From positions 160,001-224,000 of the forward strand of contig CAWBWQ010000001.1 of NCBI GenBank assembly GCA_963792535.1: a stretch of DNA of 64,000 nt, written 5' to 3'. Numbering within the stretch: the stretch's first letter is position 1; every line of letters starts with the position of its first letter. This DNA is from an uncultured Phycisphaerales bacterium. GTDB taxonomy: Bacteria; Planctomycetota; Phycisphaerae; Tepidisphaerales; Tepidisphaeraceae. Of the stretch, positions 52,737-63,382 are shown in pieces. Under the pieces are notes generated by a model. The model did no database searches. It was not told the DNA's origin and was given only the letters and a program-made list of their open reading frames with translations. The translations under genes were made by a program, and so were the position numbers.

Positions 52737-54287
52737 CTAATGCCCGCCTGCGGATTTTTCACCCGGCTCGATCCGCTTCATGAAAATAACGATAGGAATC
52801 GAGCAGAATGCCGCGATCGCCAGCACTTTAAAGATGTCGATGAACGAGAGCATTTCCGCCTCCCGGGCGATAGCGGCGAAGATTTTGGCGACGGTGGTGT
52901 GTCCGTTGCCCGTGCCGTGTGTGACCTGATAGAAGATGGGATTTCCGTTGGAAATGTGTTCAATAAGCCGGCTCTGGTGAAATTGACTTCGCCGCGCCAG
53001 CATCGTTTGCACCAGCGAGATGCCAAAGCTTCCGCCGAGATTGCGCATCAGGTTGATCAGTGCGCTGGCGTCGTTACTTTTCCCCGGCGGAAGACCGCTG
53101 TACGCGAGCGTGTTGATCGGCACAAACAGAAACGCCAGCCCCACCGCCTGAATCATCCGGGCTTCGACGAGAATTTTAAAACTCACCTGCGTGTAAAGGT
53201 TGGTCCAAAGCAACAGCGCGGTGCCGGTGGTGAAAAAGCCGAACATGATGAGGTATTTGGGCTGCACGCGGTTCACCAGGAATCCGACGATGGGCATACA
53301 CGCAAAGACCACCACGCCGCCGGGTGAAAGCGTCAGCCCCGCCTGGGTGGCGTCGTAACTGAACAGATCCTGGGTCATCTGCGGAATCAATTGCGTGGTT
53401 CCAAATAGCACGATGCCCAGCAGAAACATGACGACGTTGGAGATGAAAAAACTCCTGTTTTTTAACAGTGGAAGATCCACCACCGGGTCCTGCACGGTTA
53501 GTTCGTGAACGATCAGTACCGCCAGCGAGACGACGGCAACGATGGCAAAAGCAGTAATGCGAGCCGAGCCAAACCAGTCATCGATCTGCCCGCGATCCAG
53601 AACCACCTGCAGGCAACCCAGGCCAAGCGCCACCAGGGCAAAACCCAGGTAATCGATTTGTTTTTTTGATTTGTTGTCGCCGCTGGTGTCCTGCTCTGGA
53701 ACAAACAGATGCGTCAGGAAAAGCGACAGCAGCCCAACCGGCAGATTGATAAAAAAGATCCATCTCCAGGAAAGATTGTCGGTGATCCATCCACCAAGGG
53801 CCGGCCCCAGCGCAGGCGCGACCACGACGGCAATGCCATACAGTGCAAAGGCCTGGCCGCGTTTTTCGGCCGGGAAGGTATCGGTCAGAATCGCCTGTTC
53901 GGTAGGAGCAAGACCGCCGCCCCCGATGCCTTGAAAAACGCGCGCGGTAAGGAGAAACGCCAGTGAAGGCGCGATGCCACATAGAAACGAACTGACCGTA
54001 AACAGCGCGACGCAGATCATGTAAAATTTCTTCCGGCCAATGCGCGTGGAAAGCCAACCACTGACGGGAAGAATGATCGCGTTAGAGACCAGGTAGCTTG
54101 TGAGCACCCAGGTGGATTCATCCACACTGGACGCCAGACCGCCGGCGATGTGCTGCAGTGCGACGTTGGCGATGCTGGTGTCGAGCACCTCCATGAAGGT
54201 GGCCATCGACACCACAACTGCGATCAACCACGGATTGATCGCGGGCTTGCCGCCGGACAGAGACATTGGAGCCGAGAGAGCGGTCAT
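52737..54287 (-). CDS. DHA2 family MFS efflux permease (EmrB-like)
   Basis: FMEVLDTSIANVAL, WVLTSYL, WRWIFFINLPVG, RNLGGSFG. Confidence 0.93.
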   Translation of the reverse strand: MTALSAPMSLSGGKPAINPWLIAVVVSMATFMEVLDTSIANVALQHIAGGLASSVDESTWVLTSYLVSNAIILPVSGWLSTRIGRKKFYMICVALFTVSSFLCGIAPSLAFLLTARVFQGIGGGGLAPTEQAILTDTFPAEKRGQAFALYGIAVVVAPALGPALGGWITDNLSWRWIFFINLPVGLLSLFLTHLFVPEQDTSGDNKSKKQIDYLGFALVALGLGCLQVVLDRGQIDDWFGSARITAFAIVAVVSLAVLIVHELTVQDPVVDLPLLKNRSFFISNVVMFLLGIVLFGTTQLIPQMTQDLFSYDATQAGLTLSPGGVVVFACMPIVGFLVNRVQPKYLIMFGFFTTGTALLLWTNLYTQVSFKILVEARMIQAVGLAFLFVPINTLAYSGLPPGKSNDASALINLMRNLGGSFGISLVQTMLARRSQFHQSRLIEHISNGNPIFYQVTHGTGNGHTTVAKIFAAIAREAEMLSFIDIFKVLAIAAFCSIPIVIFMKRIEPGEKSAGGH

Positions 54288-54331
54288 TTTTCTTCAGCGA
54301 TCTGATACAGGTCTCGGGAAAAAACGCCGAA

Positions 54332-55548
54332 TCAATTGCTTGCGTTGGCCGAGTTCGCGTCGCCGGACTGCTGATGGTCGCGCACATCCACTTCGGGTTC
54401 GACCGACATGCCCGGCGACAGCATGTGCCGGGGCTGCTCATCGAGGATGATTTTTACGGGAACGCGCTGCACGACTTTGACATAATTACCGGTGGCGTTT
54501 TCAGAAGGGAGCAGACTGAAGACAGCGCCAGTGCCATTTTGAATGCTGTCGATATGCCCGCGAAGCTTGTCATCGGGATAAGAATCGATGGTGATGCTGA
54601 CCGGCTGCCCGCGCCTCCATGTGCTGCAACTGGGTTTCCTTGAAGTTGGCGGTCACCCAGATTCCGTCGGGAACATCGGTGGGGACAATGTCGAGCATCT
54701 CCTGTCCGACAGCGACATAATTTCCAACTTCGACCGTGCGCCGCGTAACCCGACCGGCGCGGCCCGCGGTCACTTTGGTATAAGATAAATCGAGCTTTGC
54801 CTGCTCCACCTGCGCCTGCGCGGCCTGCACCGACGCGGTTGCGGCATCCACCGTTTTTTCCGCGGCTTTCACCATCGCATGCATCGAATCCGCCTTCTTC
54901 CGCGCGGCAGTCACCTGCGCATCGGTCGATTGCTGGTTCGCTGTCGCAAGGTCCAGTTGCTGCTGGCTTCGGGCGGCGGCGGGAATCTTGCCGAATCGTT
55001 CAAGATCCTGTTTGGCATTGATTGAGTTGGCCTGCGCTACCACCACATCCGCATCTGACTGGGCGGCATTGGCTTTGGAGACTTCAAGGTTGGCCGTCGC
55101 CTGTTCCAGCTGCGCCTCGGACTGCCCCTGGGCGGCGGTCATCTGGTGAAGACGAACTTCAAATGGGGCCGGATCGATCTCCAGCAACACCTGATCCGCT
55201 GACACAATCTGGTTATCGGTTACCTTCAGTCCCAGAACTCTTCCGGCCACGCGAGGGGCGATGTGCGAGATGCGCCCGTCGATGAATGCATCATCGGTGC
55301 TTACGAAATGTGACAGGTGAATTGTATAAAATATGCCAAAGACGATCGCCCACCAACACGACGGCAATCATCACCGACAAAAGGACAGGACGCTTCCAGA
55401 AAGGTTTTTTGACAGGTTGTTTTTGACCCTCAGGCTTGTTCTCCTGATTTGGTTTCCCGTCCTGCGTAACCTCACCACGACCGAACGCTTCGGGACGCTG
55501 ATCGTGGTCATTTCCCGGCTCGACTGTTTTTTGTTCCTGCTGCGGCAT
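54332..55548 (-). CDS. HlyD family membrane fusion protein (EmrA-like); frameshifts near 55360 and 54610
   Basis: STDDAFIDG, WVTANFKETQL, GNYVKVVQRVPVKI (manual translation, TGA at 54332). Confidence 0.88.
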
Positions 55549-55622
55549 GACGGATACTAGACCGCACGCGACGATGTAGACCACCGGAAAAAAACAGGAA
55601 AACGCTAAGCAAAAAAGCAGCT

Positions 55623-56405
55623 TTAGCTCGATCGCTCAGAAGCATGCCATCGATGCAGTGTGATATGTCCGAACAGGTTGACCAGCGAGAAGAATGCCAA
55701 TCCCAGGAGGGATGCGAGCAGCACAGCTGCAAAAACCACGTCGAGGTTGCCGTATTTTTTAGCGCCCGCGATCTTCACTCCAAGCCCTTCGGTGTCTCCC
55801 AGGGTATCTACCAGAAATTCGCCGACCACCGTTCCAATAACTGCAAGCCCGGCGGAGACGCGCAGCCCGCTGATAATGCTTGGCAGCGCGAAAGGCAGGC
55901 GAAGCTTAACCAGCCGATCGACGGGCCCCGCACCGTAAAGTTCAAACAGATCCACCAGGGCGGGATCGGTTCCGAGCAATCCTGAAAGGGTGTTGGCGAT
56001 AACCGGAAAAACCGAAACGATAAACGCCGAGATTGAGACACTGACCAACCCGGCCGAAACCCACAGCACCAGCAGCGGGGCGATGGCGACAATAGGAACG
56101 GTCTGAAAAAACAAGGTGTAGGGATAAATCGCCCGGCGAAGCCAGTTGGAACTGGCGAGAACGACCGCCGTCGACATACCGACGATGATGCTTGCGGAAA
56201 AGCCGATCACGGCTGCCAGCGCGGTGTACCAGGTGGCGCGGAGCAGTTCGGTGCCATGGGTAAAGAATGCCATAGCGACACTGGAAGGGAGCGGAAGAAT
56301 GTATTGGGCGATGTGCTGCACGCGGATGGTCAATTCAAGCGCGGTACTGACGGCGAAAAAGACCAGCAGCGGCGGAAGGGCGGAGGTCAGCAATCGTCGG
56401 ATCAC
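55623..56405 (-). CDS. NitT/TauT-family ABC transporter permease
   Basis: QTVPIVAIAPL, FFP-like VFP, KLRLPFALP.I.SGL, VVGEF. Confidence 0.9.
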   Translation of the reverse strand: MIRRLLTSALPPLLVFFAVSTALELTIRVQHIAQYILPLPSSVAMAFFTHGTELLRATWYTALAAVIGFSASIIVGMSTAVVLASSNWLRRAIYPYTLFFQTVPIVAIAPLLVLWVSAGLVSVSISAFIVSVFPVIANTLSGLLGTDPALVDLFELYGAGPVDRLVKLRLPFALPSIISGLRVSAGLAVIGTVVGEFLVDTLGDTEGLGVKIAGAKKYGNLDVVFAAVLLASLLGLAFFSLVNLFGHITLHRWHASERSS

Positions 56406-57163
56406 AGTATCGCGCCCCCGGTTGCCAAAGCGGAATAGAGATCGTGTGTCTGTGCGGCGAAATCCGGCGAGGACCGCAGCAGGGTCGATCGCTGGTCTGG
56501 CAGAACGATCTGGCGGTCGAGAATAATCCTGCCAGGACGAGGGGACATCACCAGTGCGCGGTCGGCGAGGAAAACCGCTTCAGCGGTAGAGTGTGTGACG
56601 AACACCACGGTCATTCCCGTCTTCTGCCACAGCTCGCGCAGCTGCTCGTCGAGGCGCTGGCGTGTGATTTCATCCAGTGCGGCAAAGGGTTCATCGAGCA
56701 GAAGCAACCGGGGACTGGTGACCATCGCGCGGGCGAGCGAAACGCGCATGCGCATCCCGCCGGAGAGTTGATTGGGGTAACGATCGATCGCATCGAGCAG
56801 GCCCACCTGTTCGATGGCGGTAAGGATTTTATCGCGATGTTCCGCGATATTCTGGCGGGCCAGTTCCAGCGGCAAGGCGACATTCCGAAATACATTTCGC
56901 CAGGGCAGGAGATGCGCATCTTGGAAAACATACGCCAGTTTCGATTGGACACAGGGCCGTGAAATCTCACCGGCGGTCGGCTGGTCCAGCCCCGCGATCA
57001 ACCTTAAAAGCGTGGATTTGCCGCAGCCTGAAGGACCGAGGATCGCGATGAACTGACCTGCGGGAATGGAAAGAGAAAGCCGATCGACAGCGAGCACATT
57101 GCCCTCAAATCGTCGGGTGATGTCGCGGGCCTCGACGGCTAAACCATTTTCTGTTGCAGGCAT
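56402..57163 (-). CDS. NitT/TauT-family ABC transporter ATP-binding protein
   Basis: GPSGCGKST, LLPWR, LSGGM, DEPFAALD, VTHS..EA. Confidence 0.92.
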   Translation of the reverse strand: MPATENGLAVEARDITRRFEGNVLAVDRLSLSIPAGQFIAILGPSGCGKSTLLRLIAGLDQPTAGEISRPCVQSKLAYVFQDAHLLPWRNVFRNVALPLELARQNIAEHRDKILTAIEQVGLLDAIDRYPNQLSGGMRMRVSLARAMVTSPRLLLLDEPFAALDEITRQRLDEQLRELWQKTGMTVVFVTHSTAEAVFLADRALVMSPRPGRIILDRQIVLPDQRSTLLRSSPDFAAQTHDLYSALATGGAIL

Positions 57164-57277
57164 TGGCAAAGCTGATCTTGGTCCATCTGCGCGCTGGAAA
57201 CAAGTTTTTGATCGCCGGCGCGAATTGTTATAATCCTGATCGCTGGAGATAGACGCGAATCTTTTCAAGGGTCTTAC

Positions 57278-57535
57278 ATGATTTCGGAAGCTAAATTAGA
57301 TGAATTCGACCTGGCATGCAGGGAAGTGGGGTTGCCCTCTGAGATGGTTCAGAAGCTGCGGGAACGGTTGCTGCAGTCGTCTGTGCTGACACACGCTGCG
57401 CCTGCGACCGCGCGGGAACTGGAAATCATGAAGCTGATCGGCGCGGAATCGCCGGACAAGCTGGTGCATGATGTGCGTAATATACTCAATGAGGTTGCGC
57501 TGCTTCGGGCGCTGTCGGAGATCGAGAAAGACTGA
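57278..57535 (+). CDS. Hypothetical protein
   Basis: 85-aa helical ORF filling the intergenic gap. Confidence 0.55.
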   Translation: MISEAKLDEFDLACREVGLPSEMVQKLRERLLQSSVLTHAAPATARELEIMKLIGAESPDKLVHDVRNILNEVALLRALSEIEKD

Positions 57536-57641
57536 TGCTTTTTTTAGATGCGGCGAGAAAATGAGCAGCGCGATTGCCGGGCATTACCCATCGGGCTGTT
57601 GAAGCCAGTACATTTGTCAGGGCGGGCGAAGAGGCCGGGGT

Positions 57642-58118
57642 TTAGAAATTCCGCTGTCGCAACGCCTGGAAAAGTCCGATTCCCGCGGCGGTTGAAAGAT
57701 TGAGACATCGCTCGCCGGCGGCCTGGGGGATACGAACGCATCGCTGGCTGTTGGATTGCAACAATGATGCGGAAAGCCCGAAGGTCTCGCTGCCAAAAAC
57801 CAGGCAGTTCCCGGGCGAGAAGGTCACGTCCCAGAAACAGCGATCGCTTTTACTGGTGAAAAACCAGCATTGTTCGCGAGGCACTGCTTTAAAAAAAGCG
57901 TCATCGTCATCGTGCACGGTCATTTGCAAACGAGCCCAGTAATCCATCGCGCTGCGTTTCAGATTTCGATCGGAGAGAACAAAGCCCATCGGTCGAACCA
58001 GGTGAAGGCGCGTTCCGGTGGCGACGCAAAGCCGGGCGATATTGCCGGTATTTGGCGCGATCTGAGGTTGCAGCAGGGCGATACTGAAATCGTGGGCTTG
58101 CAGATCGACGCAACTCAC
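57642..58118 (-). CDS. trmL: tRNA (cytidine(34)-2'-O)-methyltransferase
   Basis: PQIAPNTGNIARLC, LKRSAMDYW, FGSET.GL, RCLNLS. Confidence 0.92.
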   Translation of the reverse strand: MSCVDLQAHDFSIALLQPQIAPNTGNIARLCVATGTRLHLVRPMGFVLSDRNLKRSAMDYWARLQMTVHDDDDAFFKAVPREQCWFFTSKSDRCFWDVTFSPGNCLVFGSETFGLSASLLQSNSQRCVRIPQAAGERCLNLSTAAGIGLFQALRQRNF

Positions 58119-58918
58119 AGGCGCACCAGTTCACCAAAATGCGTGGTCTGCAGGTATCGATTTTCTTCAACACAGAAAGCGGTCAGCCTGCCGTAGGTGA
58201 TGATGGCGCATCCGGTGTCCAGCAGCGTTGCCTGGGGACCGACCACGGGGACAATCTCCATTTTCCGACCGGGTGTGCTGTAGGTGTGAATCGGTGTATG
58301 CCCGAAAAAGCCCCGTTTTCCCCAAGGCTTGGGTTGATCTATTTCTTCCAGCGTAAAGCGGGCCCAGAGCAGTGATTGCCGGGCCTCGGCTGACAGGTTT
58401 CGCATTTCGGTAAGTGCGGGGGGAAAGCATGCTTCGCGCGGAGACCAGTATCCATGCACCACGAAAAAATTCTCGGATTCCAGAACCGCGGGCAGTGTAT
58501 GGATAAAATGCCTGTGGTCCTCCGGCACTACTGAAGCAAGGTGGGCCATGCGATCGGGCGTTGGTGATACAGCGGTTTCGCGCAGCCACTGCCAATCGAG
58601 TCCGTAGCTGTGGAAAGTGCGGTCGAGTCCGTAGTCCATAAACCATTGAAACGCCGCGGCGGGTGTGCCACCGGCGGCTTTTTCACTGAAGCAGTTGCCA
58701 TGCAGAATCAGATCGAAAATATCATCGTGATTCCCGCGGGCGCAGCGGATATCGGGCATGCTCAACAGAAGGTCGATTACCTTGCGGGAATCAGGTCCGC
58801 GATTCACAAAATCACCGGTGAACGTAAAACGCGCCGAGTCATCTTCGGCCAGCACCGCGTCGATCAACCGCCGCAGCGGCCCATACATTCCGTGAACATC
58901 ACCGATGATCCAATTCAT
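58115..58918 (-). CDS. Metallophosphoesterase (PPP / Ser-Thr phosphatase-like)
   Basis: GDVHG, GDFVNRGPDS, RGNHD, FGHTP, LDTG. Confidence 0.9.
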   Translation of the reverse strand: MNWIIGDVHGMYGPLRRLIDAVLAEDDSARFTFTGDFVNRGPDSRKVIDLLLSMPDIRCARGNHDDIFDLILHGNCFSEKAAGGTPAAAFQWFMDYGLDRTFHSYGLDWQWLRETAVSPTPDRMAHLASVVPEDHRHFIHTLPAVLESENFFVVHGYWSPREACFPPALTEMRNLSAEARQSLLWARFTLEEIDQPKPWGKRGFFGHTPIHTYSTPGRKMEIVPVVGPQATLLDTGCAIITYGRLTAFCVEENRYLQTTHFGELVRL

Positions 58919-58975
58919 TGCCCGGCTAATCTATCGATGCGAACCGATGGGGCAACCATTGTGAGGATTTGAAAA

Positions 58976-59332
58976 ATGAATCAGTCAACCGCCGCAGTCT
59001 TAACACCGCTTGTCGATCGTCGATGCACAGAGCGATTGCCTAAGGCAACCGCGCTGGAAATATCGGAATGGTCCAAATCCATTCCCGGCTGGAAAATCGA
59101 AAAAAAAGAGCTCACCCGGCAAGTGGATTTCAAGAATTATCATCAAACAATGGCCTTCGTAAACGCGTTGGCATGGATCTCCCATGCTGAAAACCATCAC
59201 CCGGATTTGATTGTGAAATACAGCGCCTGCGTGGTGAGTTACAGCACGCATTCACTGGACGGTTTGTCGGAAAACGATTTCATCTGCGCCGCAAAGCTCA
59301 ATAGGCTGTTGCACGATTCCCCGTCTTGTTGA
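58976..59332 (+). CDS. phhB: Pterin-4a-carbinolamine dehydratase
   Basis: ENHHPDL, YSTHSLDGLSENDFICAAK. Confidence 0.9.
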   Translation: MNQSTAAVLTPLVDRRCTERLPKATALEISEWSKSIPGWKIEKKELTRQVDFKNYHQTMAFVNALAWISHAENHHPDLIVKYSACVVSYSTHSLDGLSENDFICAAKLNRLLHDSPSC

Positions 59333-59385
59333 AGCGCGTTGGAAGGTCATTGCCGATTATTGTCGGGCTGGCTGGCGTGGTCTGT

Positions 59386-59414
59386 TTGACCAATTCCACC
59401 GGCGTTCGTAAAGT
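59386..59414 (+). promoter_or_regulatory. Putative sigma70 promoter of purF
   Basis: TTGACC-17 nt-TAAAGT. Confidence 0.45.
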
Positions 59415-59450
59415 TTGCTTTTAATCCCTCACCTGCCACCGGAGATTGCT

Positions 59451-60892
59451 TTGTCGATACCGCTCGATCTGTTTGAAGAATCAGAAAAGAAGGAGAAATG
59501 CGGAGTATTCGGCATCTGGGGCACGCCGGAAGCATCGCAAATCGTCTATCAGGGCATCTTCGCGCAGCAGCACCGGGGGCAGGAATCAGCAGGCATCGCT
59601 GTGACCACCGGAACAGATCTTAACGGTCATACCGGTATGGGCCTGGTCAGCCAGGTTTTTAATCCGCGGATGCTTAAGGAAGAACTCGCCGGTCACGGCG
59701 CGATTGGGCATGTGCGATATTCGACCACCGGGTCGAGTAAATTGTGTAATGCCCAGCCACTGCTTCGTCAGTATGCGCTGGGGCCAGTTGCGGTGGCTCA
59801 CAACGGAAATCTGATTAATGCCGCGCTGTTGCGCGAAGATTACGAGCGCCACGGGCATATTTTTCAATCGACGACCGACACCGAAATCATCGTTCACCTG
59901 CTGGCCAAACCGACACACGTTGAAAAGAAGGATCCCCTCCCGCATGTGCTCAAGCACCTGCAGGGCGCGTTCAGCCTTTTGTTTTTGTTTCCCGACCGCA
60001 TGGAAGCCGTTCGCGATCCCTGGGGAGTCAGGCCGCTCGTGCTGGGCAAAACCTCGCAGGGGCATTGGGTTATCGCCAGCGAGACCTGTGCGTTTGATGC
60101 GATCGATGCCCAGTATATTCGCGAGATCGAGCCCGGCGAAATCGTGCGGATCGACGACCGCGGCTTAACCTCCCGCCGGTTCGATGTGCCGGCCAAGCCC
60201 ACTGCCATGTGCGTGTTCGAACACGTTTATTTTGCCAACCCCGCAAGCAAAATCTTCGGGCAGACTGTGCATACCGTACGCGAAAAAATGGGCCGGCAAC
60301 TGGCGCGCGAAGCACCTGTCGATGCCGATTACATCATGCCCATGCCCGACAGCGGGCGCAGCGCGGCGCTTGGTTTTGCAAAAGAGTCCACCATCCCGTT
60401 CGAGGAAGGCATCGTCCCCAACCGATTCATCGGTCGAACTTTTATCCTGCCCAATCAACTGCAGCGAGACCGCGCGGTGGCGATGAAGCTCAACATCATT
60501 CCCGATGTGGTCAACGGTCAGCGGATCGTCATCGTCGAAGATTCGGTCGTGCGAGGCACCACCACGCGATCCAAAATGCGCGCCATTCGCCGGGCCGTGC
60601 AAAGGAAATTCACCTGCGCGTCAGCTGCCCACCGATTCGCCATCCCTGCTTTTATGGCATTGATTTTCCCACCAGTGAAGAACTGATCGCACACAACCGC
60701 TCGGTCGATCAGATTCGCGATTTCCTGGAGGTCGACAGCCTGGCTTACCTTTCGATGGAAGGCATGCTCGCCTGCCTGAAGCACGAGCCGGGCGATTATT
60801 GCACCGCCTGTTGGAGCGGAAATTACAAAATCCCGATCGATTCGCCCACCGCCAGGTTCAACTTCGAGCGCGAACAGCTGAAGATGTTCTGA
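59451..60892 (+). CDS. purF: Amidophosphoribosyltransferase; frameshift near 60597
   Basis: Propeptide then CGVFG, QHRGQESAG, GHVRYST, HNGN, EDSVVRGTT, CFYGID, CTACW; TTG start after GGAG. Confidence 0.93.
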
Positions 60893-61256
60893 CGAAATCG
60901 TTCTGTCTGCCATTTGATGTAACACCTTACCGTTACTGTACTTTGGATGATGCAGAAATTGCCTGCGCCTTTGGATCGCAATTATCCTGCGGTTATGTCA
61001 TCGCGGTAAACTCTGTTCCTGCAGCGACTTATTACCCTTTCCCCGCCCACATTTGATTCGCTTAAGCCGCTTTAAGCCGGCTCCTTTGACGCGAAACAAA
61101 CTGGCGTTACACGTATTTCGCACCCTAAACATATATAGATAATGAGCTTGCAGCAAAAGCAGGCTCAACGGAAATTTGCTGAATATTTCTATTGCATAAC
61201 AAGTTAGGTATTTGTAAGGTATAAGCGTCATTTCATGTAAAGATTTGGAGGCTCGC

Positions 61257-61900
61257 ATGAAAGCAGAACTCGATTCGGCCGACAAAACCGATCCCGCTCC
61301 CGCGTCACCGGTCAAAGACTCCCGGCCGGTTGGAGCGCCCGCCGATCATCCGACGGCAGATGACTCCGCACTGGTCACGCCTCCCGACGGAACCTGGGTC
61401 GACACCGTCGCCCGGCAATACGCGCGAATCCTTCAGGCATTTGGCCCGCCCAATCCCGCGCCTACGCGGCCCATCAGTCGCATGCACGTGCGCTGCTCGA
61501 AGCGCTTGCCGCCACGGATCCCATCGAGCAAATGCTCGCGAGTCAGTTGCTTTTCGCGCAAGCGCACATTCAGTTTTTGAGCGGCATTTCGGTAACGCAG
61601 AAAGACCCGGTCTGGTCACAGATTTACAACGCGAGCTCGACCGCGCCACCGCTGCTTATTACAAGCTGCTGGAGGCGGTCCGCGATCATCGTCGCCCGCG
61701 CCGGCGGGCGCGGCAAGTCTTTCACGTCGATCCGCACCGCGCATATCACTGCCCAGCAGGTGATCGGCCTGTCGCCGCCTGCTGCGGCGATTCTTTCACC
61801 AACGGAGGCACCCCATGCCAACCCGACGCAACCGCAATTCTCCAAAGCTCAGCCGCAGGCAGCTCAAGGACCGTCGCCGCCGCTTGATTCAACGGCATAA
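61257..61900 (+). CDS. Hypothetical protein (several frameshifts)
   Basis: RBS GGAGG; pieces DPIEQMLASQLL, ELDRATAAYYKLLEAVRDHRRP and AHITAQQVI lie in alternating frames. Confidence 0.45.
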
Positions 61901-62060
61901 ACCATGGACGACCAGCAGCGGTCCCATCACGCTGCTGGGCAAAAAAACTGTCAGTCAAAACGCCATCAAGCATGGCCTGTGCAGCAGATGGTTCAGCAAA
62001 GAAGAATGCCGGGCCTATGCCACGATTGCCCAGCAATTTCGGCGTAAAAACCTTCTCTGA
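61815..62060 (+). CDS. Small basic HGGxSTG-like protein
   Basis: KPWTTSSGPITLLGKKTVSQNAIKHG resembles the STGPRTxEGK..S.NAxKHG motif; RBS GGAGG. Confidence 0.55.
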   Translation: MPTRRNRNSPKLSRRQLKDRRRRLIQRHKPWTTSSGPITLLGKKTVSQNAIKHGLCSRWFSKEECRAYATIAQQFRRKNLL

Positions 62061-62085
62061 AACTTCACATTTACCGAGGTCAGTT

Positions 62086-62574
62086 ATGAAACTGGAAATT
62101 TTATTTCAACCCGCCTGCCCACCGGGCGGGCTGTTTCGGTCTCCCGTCTCGTTTCCGTTTTTCCCCGCACCCAAACTGAGCCGCGCTCAGGGGGAGGAAG
62201 TGCAATCTGTGTTGCAGTTCCACCGCGCGACTCAAACCAGCCGTCCTGGCTTTTTCGTCGTCAGCCTCGACCCAGACACACAGCTGCAATTGCGCGCGTT
62301 CGGATTGCAGAAAGGGTGCATCGTGACGGTGCACGATTTCACGCCGGTCGTCGTGCGTTTCCTGTTCGATCTTCTGTGTGCCGCAGACTGGATCATGCTT
62401 CTGCCACCGCCTTACACGCAGGCGCTGGCGGCCCGGCCGATGACGTTTCGATCGTCGCGATGGAACCGCGCCGGCGTGCCCGCGGCAGTCTGCGAAAGCG
62501 CTGAGCAACTGGGCGTCCGCCTGCGCATTGAAACGAGCGAGCCCAAGCGCGAACCGCTCGAAATCGTTGGCTAA
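62086..62574 (+). CDS. Hypothetical protein
   Basis: RBS GAGG + ATG at 62086; 162-aa ORF with no recognised motif. Confidence 0.45.
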   Translation: MKLEILFQPACPPGGLFRSPVSFPFFPAPKLSRAQGEEVQSVLQFHRATQTSRPGFFVVSLDPDTQLQLRAFGLQKGCIVTVHDFTPVVVRFLFDLLCAADWIMLLPPPYTQALAARPMTFRSSRWNRAGVPAAVCESAEQLGVRLRIETSEPKREPLEIVG

Positions 62575-62658
62575 AAAATGTGTTTGTGTTTCCAGGATAC
62601 GCGGCGATGAGTGCAAAAGGTGGCAAGCAAGGCGGCGATAAACGACCGCCTCACCTGC

Positions 62659-63372
62659 TTATTCCACGCCGATTTTCTTAAACCACTGCGGTTTCAGATA
62701 TCGGAGGATGAGCGGCAACAGGAGGATGACGTTGATGGTGGTGATCACCGCGGCAAATTTCCAGTTTGTCCAGGGATGGTAATGCGCGCCGATGCCGACA
62801 TAGGTGGAGACAGCGGGGATTCCGCCCAGAAAGGTTCCCAGCACCACGTCCATATATGAAACCAGCGTGAGTCCCAGCGCATAGTTGCAGATGCCAAACG
62901 GCAGGAGGTGAATAAGCCGAACGGTCATAACCACGAGAAATCCGTTATGACCCAGCGTTTCGTCCAGTGCTTTGAGTTTTTCGACGCGGGACTCGATGCG
63001 TTCGTGAAACCACTCGCTGGCGAACCATCGCGAGATCGCGACGGTAATTACCGAGCCGATTGTGGATGCGATAAGGCTGAGGAATGTGCCTTCGTACAGT
63101 CCGAAACCAATGCCTGCCAACACCTGCAGCGGCCAGACCGGCAGGGCCATGACCGCAAGGAAAAGATAGACACCGACATACGCCAACGGCGCGAGAATGA
63201 CATGGCGGTGAATGAAAGGCTCGAACGTGCGATCGTTGCGGAGTTTTGCCGCTGCGCCGGAATGCAGCCAGGCAACCAGCGTGGCAATCAGCACGACAGT
63301 GAAAAGCAGACCGAACGCCTTTTTCAATGGGTTTGCCGGCGGCGGGGCGGCGGTTTCCGTCTTGGGTTCCAT
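62659..63372 (-). CDS. TVP38/TMEM64 (VTT, DedA superfamily) membrane protein
   Basis: AGIGFG..EG, RLIHLLPFGICNYALG.T, GTFLG.IP. Confidence 0.88.
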   Translation of the reverse strand: MEPKTETAAPPPANPLKKAFGLLFTVVLIATLVAWLHSGAAAKLRNDRTFEPFIHRHVILAPLAYVGVYLFLAVMALPVWPLQVLAGIGFGLYEGTFLSLIASTIGSVITVAISRWFASEWFHERIESRVEKLKALDETLGHNGFLVVMTVRLIHLLPFGICNYALGLTLVSYMDVVLGTFLGGIPAVSTYVGIGAHYHPWTNWKFAAVITTINVILLLPLILRYLKPQWFKKIGVE

Positions 63373-63382
63373 GCCGCGTAGT

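Noticed and set aside
60975..61005. dif site or DnaA-box origin in the AT-rich gap
   Set aside because: TTATGTCA resembles a XerD arm but has no ATAA partner arm at 6-bp spacing, and there is no cluster of TTATCCACA boxes.
61311..61324. GTCAAAGACTCCCG, 14-nt identity to the TIR inner part
   Set aside because: It lacks the diagnostic ACCCCTTTGA tip and lies inside a reading frame, so it cannot be separated from chance.
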